NCBI GenBank assembly: GCA_963422375.2
Contig: OY729427.2
Span: forward strand, 1,728,001-1,792,000
Reading direction: 5' to 3'
Source: Bryobacterales bacterium
GTDB taxonomy: Bacteria; Acidobacteriota; Terriglobia; Bryobacterales; UBA6623
DNA length: 64,000 bases
The stretch's first letter is position 1; each line of letters opens with the position of its first letter. The notes beneath the pieces were generated by a model. It was not told the DNA's origin. It saw only the letters and a list, made by a program, of their open reading frames with translations, and ran no database searches. Below, piece by piece: positions 40,681 through 49,140 of the stretch. A program made the position numbers and the translations under genes.

Positions 40681-41823
40681 TCAGACGGCCACGCTCAGCG
40701 TCGCCTCGTCGCGCGACACCTCGCGGTAGAGCGTGTCGCGCTCGGTCGGCTCGCGTCCTGAATCCCGGATCAGACGGTACAGCTGCTCCCGGCGCAGCGC
40801 TTGGGGCGTGCGGGCCCCCGCGTCGTGGTAGATCTTCTCCTCGACCACCGTGCCGTCGATGTCGTCCGCGCCGAAGCGCTGCGCCACCTGCGCGATCTTC
40901 GGCGTCATCATGATCCAGTAGGCCTTGATGTGGGGGAAGTTGTCCAGCAGGAGCCGCGCCACTGCGATCGCCTTGATGTCTTGGAAGCCCGAAGTGATCG
41001 GGAGGTGATGCATCGGGGTGTTCTGCGGATGGAAGGCGAGCGGGATGTATGTCTGGAACCCGCCGGTGTCGTCCTGCAGGGCGCGCAGCCTCAGCAGGTG
41101 GTCGACCCGGTCCTCTTCCGTCTCGATGTGCCCGTATAGCATCGTCGCGTTGGACTTCAGCCCGAGCCGATGGGCGGTACGCGCGGTCTCGATCCACTCG
41201 TTCCCGTCGATCTTGTGATCGCAGATGATGCGCCGCACGCGCTCGGCGAAGATCTCCGCGCCGCCTCCCGGCAGGGAATCGACGCCGGCGTCCCGCAGCC
41301 GCTCGAGCGTCTCGCGAATCGAGAGCCTCTCTCGTCGCGCCAGGTAGCCGATCTCGACCATCGTCAGCGCCTTGATATGGACGGAGGGAAAGCGCCGCTT
41401 CAGCCCGCGGAACATCTTCGCGTACCAGTCCAAGCCGAGCTCGGGGTGCAGTCCGCCCACCACGTGGAACTCGGAGATCGCCTCGCTGTAGCCAATTCCC
41501 GCCGTGTGCCAGACCTGTTCCAGCGACATGGTGTAGGCGGTCGGGTTGCGCTTCTGCTTGCCGAAGGCGCACAGCTTGCAGGCCGCGACGCACACGTCGG
41601 TCGGATTGATGTGCCGGTTGACGTTGAAATAGGTCCTGTTGCCGTTGAGCCTCTCGCGGACCGCGTTAGCGAGGTAGCCGATGCCCAGCAGGTCGCTGGA
41701 CTCGTACAGGGCCACGCCGTCATCGAAGGACAGGCGCGTCCCTTCCATCACCTTGGCGGCGATCGGAAGCAGTCTGCTGTCGGCGAATCGGGGCGGCAAG
41801 GGCCTCTTCCCGTGTTCATCCAA
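40681..41823 (-). CDS. mqnE: Aminofutalosine synthase MqnE (radical SAM)
   Basis: NRHINPTDVCVAACKLCAF, PGGGAEIF, SNATMLYGH, HIKAYWIM, FGADDIDGTVVEEKIYHDAGA. Confidence 0.92.
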   Translation of the reverse strand: MDEHGKRPLPPRFADSRLLPIAAKVMEGTRLSFDDGVALYESSDLLGIGYLANAVRERLNGNRTYFNVNRHINPTDVCVAACKLCAFGKQKRNPTAYTMSLEQVWHTAGIGYSEAISEFHVVGGLHPELGLDWYAKMFRGLKRRFPSVHIKALTMVEIGYLARRERLSIRETLERLRDAGVDSLPGGGAEIFAERVRRIICDHKIDGNEWIETARTAHRLGLKSNATMLYGHIETEEDRVDHLLRLRALQDDTGGFQTYIPLAFHPQNTPMHHLPITSGFQDIKAIAVARLLLDNFPHIKAYWIMMTPKIAQVAQRFGADDIDGTVVEEKIYHDAGARTPQALRREQLYRLIRDSGREPTERDTLYREVSRDEATLSVAV

Positions 41824-41871
41824 CGTACCAGATCGCCGCCCCGGGCCGGACCGTCGCCGGGACGCTACGGC

Positions 41872-42714
41872 CTAGCGCCTCTCGGCCGCGAGCTGTTCCA
41901 GATACAGGGACTCCAAGCGCTCCACGGCGGCCAGAAAGCCCTCCGGGTCCACGAAGGTTTCGGGGCTGTAGGATTGGCCGGCGCGGTACTTGCGGTGGAG
42001 GCCGTACTGGGATCCGTGCGCCGCGAGCCAGACATCGACAGCCATCGCTTTCTGGCGGCGGAAGGTCTTGGCGAAGTCGTCCGCGACGCCGGGATAAGTA
42101 GGATCCGCGACTAGGCGCTTTCCCGCGTTGATCGTTCCCATGTTCGCGATCACCACGCGGTAGTCCCTGCCGCCCTCGCGGACGGTCATGGCGTAGCTGG
42201 AGCTGCCGGCGGTGTGGCCCGGCGTCTCGATCACCTCGAGCTTGGTGCTGCCCAGCTCGATCACCTCGCCGTCGCTGAGGATCTTGTCGACCTTGACCGG
42301 CCGGAACGACACCCTCCCGCCGAAGTGCGGGTCGCTGAAGCCGCCGTCCTCCAGCACCGGCGCGTCGCCCGCCGTCGCCCACATCTCGGCGCCGGCGAGC
42401 TCCTTGATCTCGGCGAGGGCGGCCGTGTGATCCCAGTGAGCCTGCATCGTCAGGAGGATTCTCACGTCCTCCAGTTCAAAGCCGAGAGCCTCGACGTTCC
42501 TGCGGATGAGGGGAACCGAGTCTTCCAAAGCCGTGTTGATCAGGATGTGGCCGTCCGCCGACGCGATCAGGAAGACGCCCAGATCGTAGGTCCCGACGGC
42601 GTGCAGGTTGCCGATCACGCGGTGGCCGGGGAAGGGGCGGCTCCAGCCTTCGGGCTGGGCCGCCAGCGGCGCCGCGAGCGCGGCTAGGAGGCAGGCGTGT
42701 GACAGGCTGCGCAT
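41872..42714 (-). CDS. bla: Subclass B3 metallo-beta-lactamase-like protein with Gln at position 116
   Basis: Signal peptide; WSRPFPGHRVIGNLHAVGT, QAHWDH, TPGHTAG, LAAH. Confidence 0.88.
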   Translation of the reverse strand: MRSLSHACLLAALAAPLAAQPEGWSRPFPGHRVIGNLHAVGTYDLGVFLIASADGHILINTALEDSVPLIRRNVEALGFELEDVRILLTMQAHWDHTAALAEIKELAGAEMWATAGDAPVLEDGGFSDPHFGGRVSFRPVKVDKILSDGEVIELGSTKLEVIETPGHTAGSSSYAMTVREGGRDYRVVIANMGTINAGKRLVADPTYPGVADDFAKTFRRQKAMAVDVWLAAHGSQYGLHRKYRAGQSYSPETFVDPEGFLAAVERLESLYLEQLAAERR

Positions 42715-42726
42715 GCGGATAGTGTA

Positions 42727-42981
42727 GTGCTTGTGACAAAACCCCTGAATTCTGGCCTGATCAGCATTTGATACTACATCCTGATGTCGGATGGATCTCC
42801 AAACACAACATATAGGGCTCAAGGTCGGAGGTTGCTCAGCCGCCAATCGCGAAGATTTCCGCGCTCTACCCAGAATCGCCAGGATTTTGGACTAGTCGTA
42901 GCATTGCAGCGAAATCTTCGCCTTGCGAGATTGGACCTAACGCCTTTGTTGTCAAGGGGATACGAGTTTTTTCACGGACAC
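42727..42981 (+). mobile_element. 255-bp MITE copy b
   Basis: Same TIRs and internal sequence as copy a; lies 12 bp upstream of the bla ATG. Confidence 0.92.
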
Positions 42982-43056
42982 TAGCGTAGGGTCTCCCCGC
43001 CCGTCGCGGTGCGGAAACGCGGCGAGACTGCGCCGGGCCTCTTCGGCCGCTCGCGG

Positions 43057-43941
43057 CTAGGCCAGCTGGATCCACAGGTCGGCGGCCCAGAAGGCTAGGA
43101 ACAGCACGCTCACCCATCCGTTCACCGCAAAGAAGGCGGCGTCCACGCGGCTGAGATCGTCGGCGCGCACCAGGGACTGCTCGTAGGCCAGCAGCGCGGC
43201 GATGGCTGCGACGCCGGCCAGCGCGAAGGGCCCGAGATCCAAGTTCCGCCAGCCTAGGACCAGCAGGGTCACCATCCCGGCATGCAGGAGCCGCGAGACG
43301 AGCAGCGCCTTCGCGACTCCAAGGCGTGCGGGGACGGAGTGCAGGCCCGCCGAGCGGTCGAATTGGACGTCCTGGCAGGCGTAGATAATGTCGAATCCCG
43401 CCGTCCATAATGTGACCGCTCCCGCGAGGTACAGGATCACCGGGTCGAACGTGCCGCGGATAGCGATCCAAGCCGCGACCGGGGCGCTGCCCAGCACCGC
43501 TCCGAGCACGAAGTGCGACAGCGCCGTGAAGCGCTTGGTGTAGGAATAGCCCAGCGCCAGCGCCAGCGCTGCGGGGCTGAGCTTCAGGCACAGCGGGTTG
43601 AGCAGAGCCGCGGCCAGAACCAGCGTCGCACTCGACACGGCCACGAAGGCCGCGGCGAAGCGCTTCGAGACGGTGCCCGCCGGGAGCGCCCGCCCGCCCG
43701 TGCGCGGATTCCGCGCGTCGAGCCGTGCGTCGGCCAGGCGGTTGAAGGCCATCGCCGCCGACCGCGCCGCGACCATCGCCGCCACGATCCAGCAGAGCTT
43801 CCAGGTGGTCTCCCGGGCGGAAAGGCCGGCACCCTGCAGAGCCAGCAGCGCCCCGGTGAGCGCGAAGGGCAGGGCGAAGACGGAATGCTGGAACTTGATC
43901 GCCTCCAAGACGCGGACCGCCTGCCTCGGGATCCCGTTCAT
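43057..43941 (-). CDS. mqnP: UbiA-like polyprenyltransferase of the futalosine pathway
   Basis: IKFQHSVFALPF, ARSAAMAFNRLAD, NPRT, YSYTKRFT, GFDIIYACQD. Confidence 0.9.
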   Translation of the reverse strand: MNGIPRQAVRVLEAIKFQHSVFALPFALTGALLALQGAGLSARETTWKLCWIVAAMVAARSAAMAFNRLADARLDARNPRTGGRALPAGTVSKRFAAAFVAVSSATLVLAAALLNPLCLKLSPAALALALGYSYTKRFTALSHFVLGAVLGSAPVAAWIAIRGTFDPVILYLAGAVTLWTAGFDIIYACQDVQFDRSAGLHSVPARLGVAKALLVSRLLHAGMVTLLVLGWRNLDLGPFALAGVAAIAALLAYEQSLVRADDLSRVDAAFFAVNGWVSVLFLAFWAADLWIQLA

Positions 43942-44738
43942 CGGCCGCTTCCGAGCAGGTTCGCCAGCGCCTCGCGACGGTCCGGCTGCCGCATCAGGCT
44001 CTCGCCGACTAGGAATCCTTGATAGCCAGCGTCTAGAAGGCGCTTCAGGTCGTCCGTCGTGCGGATGCCGCTTTCGCTGATGCGCAGGACGTCGCTCGGA
44101 AAGAGCCCCGCCAGATCCAATGAGGTCTTGAGCGAGACCTCCATCGTCCTGAGGTCCCGGTTGTTCACTCCGACCAAGCGAGCGCCCGCCGCGAGCGCCC
44201 GCTCGAGTTCGCTCGCGCCGTGGACCTCGACGAGGGCATCGAGGCGCAGCTCCCGCGCCGTCGCGAGCAGCTCGCGCAGCTCGCTGTCCTCGAGCACCGC
44301 GACGATCAGCAGCACGCAGTCCGCGCTGCCGGCGGAGGCCTGCAGCAGGTGATAGCGGTCCAGCGTAAAGTCCTTCCGCAGCACGGGCAGGGACGTAGCG
44401 GAGCGCGCCAGCGCTAGGTCGTCCATCGAGCCCTGAAAAAACTGCCTGTCGGTGAGGACGGACAGCGCGGCCGCTCCTGCTCGCTCGTACCCTCGCGCGA
44501 TTTCCGCGGAATCGAAGTCCTCGGCGATCAGTCCAGCCGAGGGAGACGCCTTCTTGATTTCGGCGACCACCGCCGGGCGCTTGGCCGCGACAGCGGCCCG
44601 GAACCCTCGCCGCGGCGGAATCGGCTTGCGTTCCAGGACCGCCTCGCTCTTGAGCGAGCGGTCCACGACGAGTTCGGCGCGCTTGCGCACGACGATCTGG
44701 TCCAAGACCGTCATGTCCCTGCCCCGCGGGCCCGCCAT
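43938..44738 (-). CDS. trpC: Indole-3-glycerol phosphate synthase
   Basis: AEIKKASPSAG, LSVLTD, LRKDF, GVNNRDL, SESGI, LVGESLMR. Confidence 0.96.
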   Translation of the reverse strand: MAGPRGRDMTVLDQIVVRKRAELVVDRSLKSEAVLERKPIPPRRGFRAAVAAKRPAVVAEIKKASPSAGLIAEDFDSAEIARGYERAGAAALSVLTDRQFFQGSMDDLALARSATSLPVLRKDFTLDRYHLLQASAGSADCVLLIVAVLEDSELRELLATARELRLDALVEVHGASELERALAAGARLVGVNNRDLRTMEVSLKTSLDLAGLFPSDVLRISESGIRTTDDLKRLLDAGYQGFLVGESLMRQPDRREALANLLGSGR

Positions 44739-45463
44739 TACATGTACAGCCCGCCGCTGACGTTGAGCACGTGACCGGTCACGTATCCCGCCTCCTCGCT
44801 GGCGAGGAAGCAGACGGCCGCGGCGACCTCTTCGAGCCGGCCCATCCGTCCGAGCGGCACTTGGGCCAGGATCTTGGACCGTGCCGCCTCTCCGAGCGCC
44901 TGCGTCATGGCCGTATCGACGAAGCCCGGCGCCACGGCGTTGACCGTGACGCCGCGACCCGCCAGTTCCAGCGCGAGGGACTTGGTCAGCCCGATCAAGC
45001 CCGCCTTGGACGCAGCGTAATTGGCCTGGCCCGCGTTGCCCGATAGTCCTACCACCGACGAAACGTTGATGATGCGGCCCCAGCGCTTGCGCGCCAAGTG
45101 GCGCATCAGCGCGCGGGCGCAGCGGAAGCTTCCGGTCAGGTTGGTGTCGACCACGCGCTGCCAGTCCTCGTCGCGCATTCTCATGGCGAGGCCGTCCGCC
45201 GCGATGCCCGCATTGTTCACGAGAATGTCGATGGTTCTGCCGCGGGCGGCGGCCAGACCGTCAATCGAGGCCTGGTCCCTGACGTCGAGCGCGACGGCTT
45301 CTGCCGCCCCTCCGTCCGCTTGGATCTCGTCCACCAGCGCTGCCAGCTTGCCCTCCTGCCGGGCCGCGGCGATCACCCGGGCCCCTCTTGCCGCAAGCGC
45401 CTTGGCGCAGGCCCGGCCGATTCCCTGGCTGGCGCCCGTGACCAGGGCGACGCGGTCTGTCAC
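44738..45463 (-). CDS. fabG: 3-oxoacyl-ACP reductase
   Basis: VTGASQGIG, NNAGI, GNAGQANYAASKAG, NAVAPGF; GTGA overlap with the fabD stop. Confidence 0.95.
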   Translation of the reverse strand: MTDRVALVTGASQGIGRACAKALAARGARVIAAARQEGKLAALVDEIQADGGAAEAVALDVRDQASIDGLAAARGRTIDILVNNAGIAADGLAMRMRDEDWQRVVDTNLTGSFRCARALMRHLARKRWGRIINVSSVVGLSGNAGQANYAASKAGLIGLTKSLALELAGRGVTVNAVAPGFVDTAMTQALGEAARSKILAQVPLGRMGRLEEVAAAVCFLASEEAGYVTGHVLNVSGGLYM

Positions 45464-46383
45464 GGGACGATGGCCTCGACCGCGGCTAGGTTGTGAGTGG
45501 TCATGCCCCGCAGCGAGCGGTCGATCCCTCGCAGCAGCCCGGTCAGCACCCTGCCGGGTCCCACTTCCACGAAGCGCTCGACGCCGCGGCTGACTAGGTG
45601 GCGGACGGTCCGGGTCCATTGCACCGGGTTGGGGATCTGCTCGAGCAGTCCGGAGCGCGCCTCGTCGGCCAGGCGGATCTCTCGAGCCTGCCAGTTATTG
45701 ACCAGCGGCACCCGCAGGTCCGCTAGGGGGGCGGCCTCGATGTCCGCGGCCAGCCGCGCCCTCACCGGCTCCATGAGGGCGCAATGGAACGGTGCGCTGA
45801 CCTCGAGCTGCACGGCCCTCCTCGCCCCGGCCGCATTGGCCAGCTGCACGGCTCGCCCGACCGCTTCGGCGTGCCCCGCGATGACGACCTGGGACGGCGT
45901 GTTCAGGTTCGCGGGAGCCACCACCTGTCCTTGGGAGGCATCCCGGCAGACCCTCTCCGCGGTCTTGTCGTCGATTCCCAGCAGGGCGGCCATCGAGCCC
46001 AAGCCCGCAGGCACTGCGTCCTGCATCAAGCGCCCGCGCTTGCGGACGATGCGCACGGCGTCCTCGAACGGAATGGCCGCGGCCGCGACGAGGGCCGAGT
46101 ACTCGCCTAGGCTATGGCCGGCGACGAAGTCCGGCTCGACCCCCTGCGCTCGCAGGACGGCAAGGGTCGCCACCGAGACGGTCAGTATTGCCGGCTGGGT
46201 GTTCTCGGTCCGCTTGAGATCCTCGGCGGGCCCCTCGAAGCACAGTCGGGACAGGGGGAACCCGAGCGCGTCGTCGGCCCGTTCAAAGACGCCGCGCGCC
46301 CGGGGGTGCCGTTCTGCCAGCTCGCGGCCCATTCCGGGTGCCTGCGATCCCTGCCCCGGAAAGAGAAACGCGGTCACGGGCAT
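45460..46383 (-). CDS. fabD: Malonyl-CoA:ACP transacylase
   Basis: FPGQGSQ, TQPAIL, GHSLGEY, VSAPFH, EVGPG. Confidence 0.96.
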   Translation of the reverse strand: MPVTAFLFPGQGSQAPGMGRELAERHPRARGVFERADDALGFPLSRLCFEGPAEDLKRTENTQPAILTVSVATLAVLRAQGVEPDFVAGHSLGEYSALVAAAAIPFEDAVRIVRKRGRLMQDAVPAGLGSMAALLGIDDKTAERVCRDASQGQVVAPANLNTPSQVVIAGHAEAVGRAVQLANAAGARRAVQLEVSAPFHCALMEPVRARLAADIEAAPLADLRVPLVNNWQAREIRLADEARSGLLEQIPNPVQWTRTVRHLVSRGVERFVEVGPGRVLTGLLRGIDRSLRGMTTHNLAAVEAIVP

Positions 46384-46458
46384 TGGACGGCGGTCGAATT
46401 CCGAGTGTAGCAACCGGTCCGACCGCTGCCCGCCCGGGGCGGTGAGAGAATCGGATCC

Positions 46459-47670
46459 GTGCGCGCGAAGGTGCGGATCGAGAAGCTGGTCTACGGCGGG
46501 GCCGGCTTGGCGCGTCACGACGGCGCGGCGGTCTTCGTTCCCTACGTCCTGCCGGGCGAGGTCGTCGAGGTCGACTTGTCGAAGCGGTCCGGAGGCGTGC
46601 TGCACGGCGCCGTCGCCTCGTGGGAGGAACGCTCCCCGGAGCGCTCCGAGCCCCCGTGTGCGGTCTTCGGCCGCTGCGGCGGCTGCCATTACCAGCACGT
46701 CCCCTACGACCGCCAGCGCGAGCAAAAGGCGGCGATCCTGCGCGAGACGCTGCGGCGCTTAGGTGCCCTCGTCTGGGAGAGCGAGATCAAGGTCGCGTCC
46801 GCGGAGCCTTGGGGCTACCGGAATCGAGTCCGACTCCATCTCGACCGTCGGCGCGGCCGGGCGGCGGTCGGATTCATGGCTGCCGGCTCGCGTCGCCACG
46901 TCGAGGCTCCCGAATGCCCGATCAACTCCCCGCGGCTCAACGAGCTGCATCGGACCCTGCGGGAGATGGCCGCGGAGCGCAGGTTTCCCAAGGGCCTCGG
47001 CGAGGCGGAGTTCTTCGCCAGCGGCGGCCAGGTCCAGATGAACCTGCCCCGGCGTCCGGGGCCGCTGCCCCGGAAGTTCTGGGCGTGGTGCGACGACCGT
47101 CTTGGCGTGCCCGGCCCTGGCCGGTCCGTCGACTACCCTTGCGGGCCCGACCTGTTTCGGGTCAGCGGGCGCTCCTTCTTCCAAGTCAATCGGTTTCTCG
47201 CGCCGAAGCTGGCCGGCAGCGCGCTGGGCTGTGCCGACGGCCGCCTGGCGCTCGACCTGTTCTGCGGGGTCGGCCTGCTGACGCTGCCTCTCGCCAGGCG
47301 CTGTCGAAGCGTGATCGGAGTCGATTCCGCCGCTACCGCGGTGCGCGACCTGCAGAGCAATGCCGCTCGCGCGGGCCTGTCGTTGCAGGCAGTTCACATG
47401 GAGGTTGCCGAGTTCCTCGAGGGCTGTTCCGAGCGGCCCGACGTCATCGTCGCCGATCCACCGCGTGCCGGCTTGGGCGCTCGGGCGGTCCGTCAGATCT
47501 TGCGCCTGCGCCCCTCCCAGCTGCGCTTGGTGTCCTGCGACCCCGCCACGCTGGCCCGGGATATCAAGCTCCTCGTCGCCGGGGGCTTTGCCGTCGAGAG
47601 CCTCGAGCTCGTGGACATGTTCCCGCAGACCTACCACATCGAAGCGGTCGCGGCGCTTCGAGGGCCTTGA
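46459..47670 (+). CDS. rlmD: RNA m5U methyltransferase, TrmA/RlmD family with TRAM domain
   Basis: CAVFGRCGGC, YRNR, SFFQVN, DLFCGVG, DPPRAG, VSCDPATLARD, DMFPQTYHIE. Confidence 0.88.
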   Translation: MRAKVRIEKLVYGGAGLARHDGAAVFVPYVLPGEVVEVDLSKRSGGVLHGAVASWEERSPERSEPPCAVFGRCGGCHYQHVPYDRQREQKAAILRETLRRLGALVWESEIKVASAEPWGYRNRVRLHLDRRRGRAAVGFMAAGSRRHVEAPECPINSPRLNELHRTLREMAAERRFPKGLGEAEFFASGGQVQMNLPRRPGPLPRKFWAWCDDRLGVPGPGRSVDYPCGPDLFRVSGRSFFQVNRFLAPKLAGSALGCADGRLALDLFCGVGLLTLPLARRCRSVIGVDSAATAVRDLQSNAARAGLSLQAVHMEVAEFLEGCSERPDVIVADPPRAGLGARAVRQILRLRPSQLRLVSCDPATLARDIKLLVAGGFAVESLELVDMFPQTYHIEAVAALRGP

Positions 47671-47697
47671 CCGGGGGCGCGCCTGCGCCGTCCCGCG

Positions 47698-49140
47698 CTA
47701 GGCGAGGATTTCGCGGATCACGTTGCCATGCACGTCCGTGAGGCGGTAGTCGCGGCCGCCGAACCGGTAGCTCAGCTTGTTGTGGTCGAGCCCCAGCAGG
47801 TGCAACACCGTTGCGTGGAGGTCGTGGACCGTGCATTTGCGCTCCACGGCCCGGTAGCCGTACTCGTCGGTGAGCCCGTGGATGTACCCCTTCCTCAGGC
47901 CGCCGCCGGCCAGCCACAGGCTGAATCCGAACGGGTTGTGGTCCCGCCCCGCGGTGCCTTGCGCGAACGGGGTGCGGCCGAACTCGCCGGAGAAGATCAC
48001 GAGCGTCTCGTCGAGCAGCCCGAGCGCCTTGAGGTCCTTCAGCAGCGCTCCGACCGGCTGGTCCACCGTCAGCGCGTTCGCTCCGTGGCCGACCTCGAGG
48101 CCGCCGTGCTGGTCCCAGGGGTTCCCCATGCCGTCGGACTTTCCGGGGGTGCTGACCATCGTCAGCTCGACGAAGCGCACGCCGCGCTCGACCAAGCGCC
48201 GGGCGAGCAGGCACTGCTGCGCGTAGGCGGCGGTGGACGGGTTCTCGGAGTCGACGCCATACATCTTCCGGGTCGCCTCGGTCTCGCCGGCCAGGTCGAC
48301 GAGCTCTGGCACCGCGCTCTGCATGCGGTAGGCCGTCTCGTAGTTGGCGATCGCGGCCTCGATCGGCTCGTGGCCGCCCACTCTCGCGAGGAAGCCGTCG
48401 TCCATGCGCCGCACGAAGTCCAGCTGCCGGCGCTGCCGCTCGTCCGGCTCGGAAGGCACCACGTTCCTCAGGGGCTCGTCGCGGCCGGGGTGGATGAGAG
48501 AGGCTTGGTTGACGGAGGGCAGGAATCCGTTGCCCATCATGTTGATCCCGCCGTGAGGGATGCCGCCGCCGCCCGTGACCACGAAGCCGGGCAGGTTGCG
48601 GTTTTCGCTGCCCAGCCCGTAGGTCACCCAAGCGCCCATGCTGGGGAATCCGGCGAACGGCAGTCCGCAATGGAAGTAGTAGTTGCCCTGCGCGTGCTCC
48701 ATGAACTTGGCCGTCATCGAGCGGATCACGCAGAGGTCGTCGGCCATCCCGCCGATGTGCGGGAAGAGATCGCTGACAGGGATGCCGCTCCGGCCGCGGC
48801 GGCGGAATTCCCAAGGGCTGGGAAAGATATTCCCGTCCTTGTTGAACATGGTCCGCTCGGTCTTGAACGGCATCGGCCCGCCGGACTCCCGGGCGAGGCG
48901 CGGCTTCGGGTCGAACGAGTCGACGTGCGACATTCCGCCGGACATGTAGCAGAAGATGACGTTCCGCACCTGCGGAGCGAAGTGCGGGTCCCTGGGGCCG
49001 CCCGTCGCCTGGGCCTCCTCGGCGAGCAGCGCCGCGGCGGCCAGCATCCCGAAACCCGTCGACGAGCCCCGCAACATCTCCCGGCGGGTGTACCCTCGGT
49101 CGATCCGACTTCGGCCGCGCCAACGATCCCTAGCGGACAT
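47698..49140 (-). CDS. DUF1501 domain protein (Tat)
   Basis: TRREML, GGMSHVDSFDPKP, CLLARRLVERGVRFV, GEFGRTP, GRDYRLTDVHG. Confidence 0.92.
   Translation of the reverse strand: MSARDRWRGRSRIDRGYTRREMLRGSSTGFGMLAAAALLAEEAQATGGPRDPHFAPQVRNVIFCYMSGGMSHVDSFDPKPRLARESGGPMPFKTERTMFNKDGNIFPSPWEFRRRGRSGIPVSDLFPHIGGMADDLCVIRSMTAKFMEHAQGNYYFHCGLPFAGFPSMGAWVTYGLGSENRNLPGFVVTGGGGIPHGGINMMGNGFLPSVNQASLIHPGRDEPLRNVVPSEPDERQRRQLDFVRRMDDGFLARVGGHEPIEAAIANYETAYRMQSAVPELVDLAGETEATRKMYGVDSENPSTAAYAQQCLLARRLVERGVRFVELTMVSTPGKSDGMGNPWDQHGGLEVGHGANALTVDQPVGALLKDLKALGLLDETLVIFSGEFGRTPFAQGTAGRDHNPFGFSLWLAGGGLRKGYIHGLTDEYGYRAVERKCTVHDLHATVLHLLGLDHNKLSYRFGGRDYRLTDVHGNVIREILA

Noticed and set aside
41872..42846. MITE-encoded N-terminal extension of the beta-lactamase
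   Set aside because: It would bury the signal peptide; probably a chance open frame through the MITE.
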